Shown: piece by piece, positions 62,751-64,000 of the stretch | How positions within the stretch are numbered: the first letter of the stretch is position 1 | How the letters are laid out: each line of letters begins with the position of its first letter | From: Octopus vulgaris | Lineage: Eukaryota | DNA length: 64,000 bases | Assembly: GCA_951406725.2 (NCBI GenBank) | Contig: OX597820.1 | Location: 66,898,001-66,962,000 of the forward strand | Direction: 5' to 3' | Notes under the pieces: generated by a model | Databases searched by the model: none | Told to the model about the DNA's origin: nothing | The model's input: only the letters and a program-made list of their open reading frames with translations | Translations under genes and position numbers: made by a program

Positions 62751-64000
62751 GTTGGTATTTGGTGTTAGTAGTTGCTGCCATGCTATAAAACTTGTGTTTT
62801 ATGTGTTAGCCTTAGGTTTAAGTGGTTGTGAAGGCACATGGCGCAGAGGTTAGAGTGTCAGGTTTACAATCATGAGATAGTGAGTTCAATCACTGGACCA
62901 GGCAGTGTGTTGGTTTTCTTGAGGAAGACACTGTATTTCATGTTGCTCCAGCTGTAGAAATGAGTTGTGACATCATTGGTGCCAAGCTGTGTCGGCCTTT
63001 GCCTTTCCCTTGGATAGCATCAGTGGTGTGAAGAGGGGAGGCTGGTATGCATGGGTGACTGCTGGTCTTCTGCAAAAACAACCTTGCCCAGGCTTGTGCC
63101 TTAGAGGGTAACTTTCTAGGGTGCAATCCAATGGTCACTCATGGCTGAAGGGGTCTTTTACTTTATGTTTAGGTGGGTTAACTGGCAGAACTGTTATCAT
63201 GTTGGGTAGAATACTTAGAAGTATTTCATCTGTCTTGACATTGTGCGTTCAAATTCCATTGAGGTCAACTTTGACTTCGTTCTTTCAGGGTCAATAAAAT
63301 AAATACCAGCTGAGCAATGGGGGTTAAGGTAATCAATTTGCTCCCTCCCCCAAAATTGCTGGCCTTGTGCCAAAATTTGAAACCATTATTTCTCCTATAT
63401 TTAGGCAGCAAGCTGGCAGAATCATTAACATGCCAGACAAAATACTTAGTGCCATTTCATCCGTCTTCACGTTCTGAGTTCAACTTTTCCTTTCATTCTT
63501 TAGGGATCAATAAAATAAATACCATTTGAGCAATGGGGTCGATGCAAATTGATTTATCCCCTCCTCCCCACAAAAACATTCTGGCCTTCTGCTAAAAATT
63601 TTATACCAATATTGCTTTTGTGTCCTCCTCAAAGTCCCATGCAGAACTTTTCTAACAGATCCTAGTATGTGTGTGTGTGTGTGTTGTGGTATGAGAGAGA
63701 ATAAGCAAGTAAAAGTTTCTGAGATGGTTTTTGGTCTTTATGGTTCCCAAGAAATTAGGGTCCTTTTTGCCACAATGAGTGCTACTTCTTCTATCTCTCT
63801 CACACACACACACATGTACAGACATATCTTTATCTTCTACTTGTTTCAGTCATTAGACTGTGGCCATGCTGGGGCACTGCCTTGAAGAATTTTTGCTCAG
63901 TTGAATTAACCCCAGTACTTAATTTTTTTTTCTCAAGCCTAGTAGTTATTCTATCAGTCTCATTTGCCAAACCGCTAAGTTACAGAAACATAAACACACC

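Overview
AT-rich animal genomic DNA dense in microsatellites and SINEs. The repeat landscape looks like a coleoid cephalopod such as Octopus; this is an inference. The only supportable protein-coding gene is a + strand Dachsous-type giant atypical cadherin. Thirteen internal GT-AG exons (36383-62750) splice in frame into 4734 nt / 1578 codons, covering about 16 cadherin repeats (roughly EC6 to the start of EC21 by Dachsous numbering). The gene's 5' and 3' ends lie outside the window, so 1-36382 is most likely one large intron. Nearly all other ORFs are microsatellite or repeat artefacts. The introns hold several tRNA-SINE families, LINE 3' ends, MITEs (Tc1/pogo-, hAT- and piggyBac-type ends) and a truncated tRNA-Glu. 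The most notable features are: a near-perfect 632-bp fold-back palindrome (18196-18827); a 172-bp G4-containing segment copied in inverted orientation into a SINE 1.6 kb away; several decayed Penelope-type minimal hammerhead ribozyme motifs; an element flanked by (AAT)n; stacked insertions with target-site duplications (TSDs); and inverted repeat pairs bracketing frame-preserving exon blocks. I see no evidence for a new protein-coding system. The novelty candidates are RNA-structure and DNA-rearrangement features.
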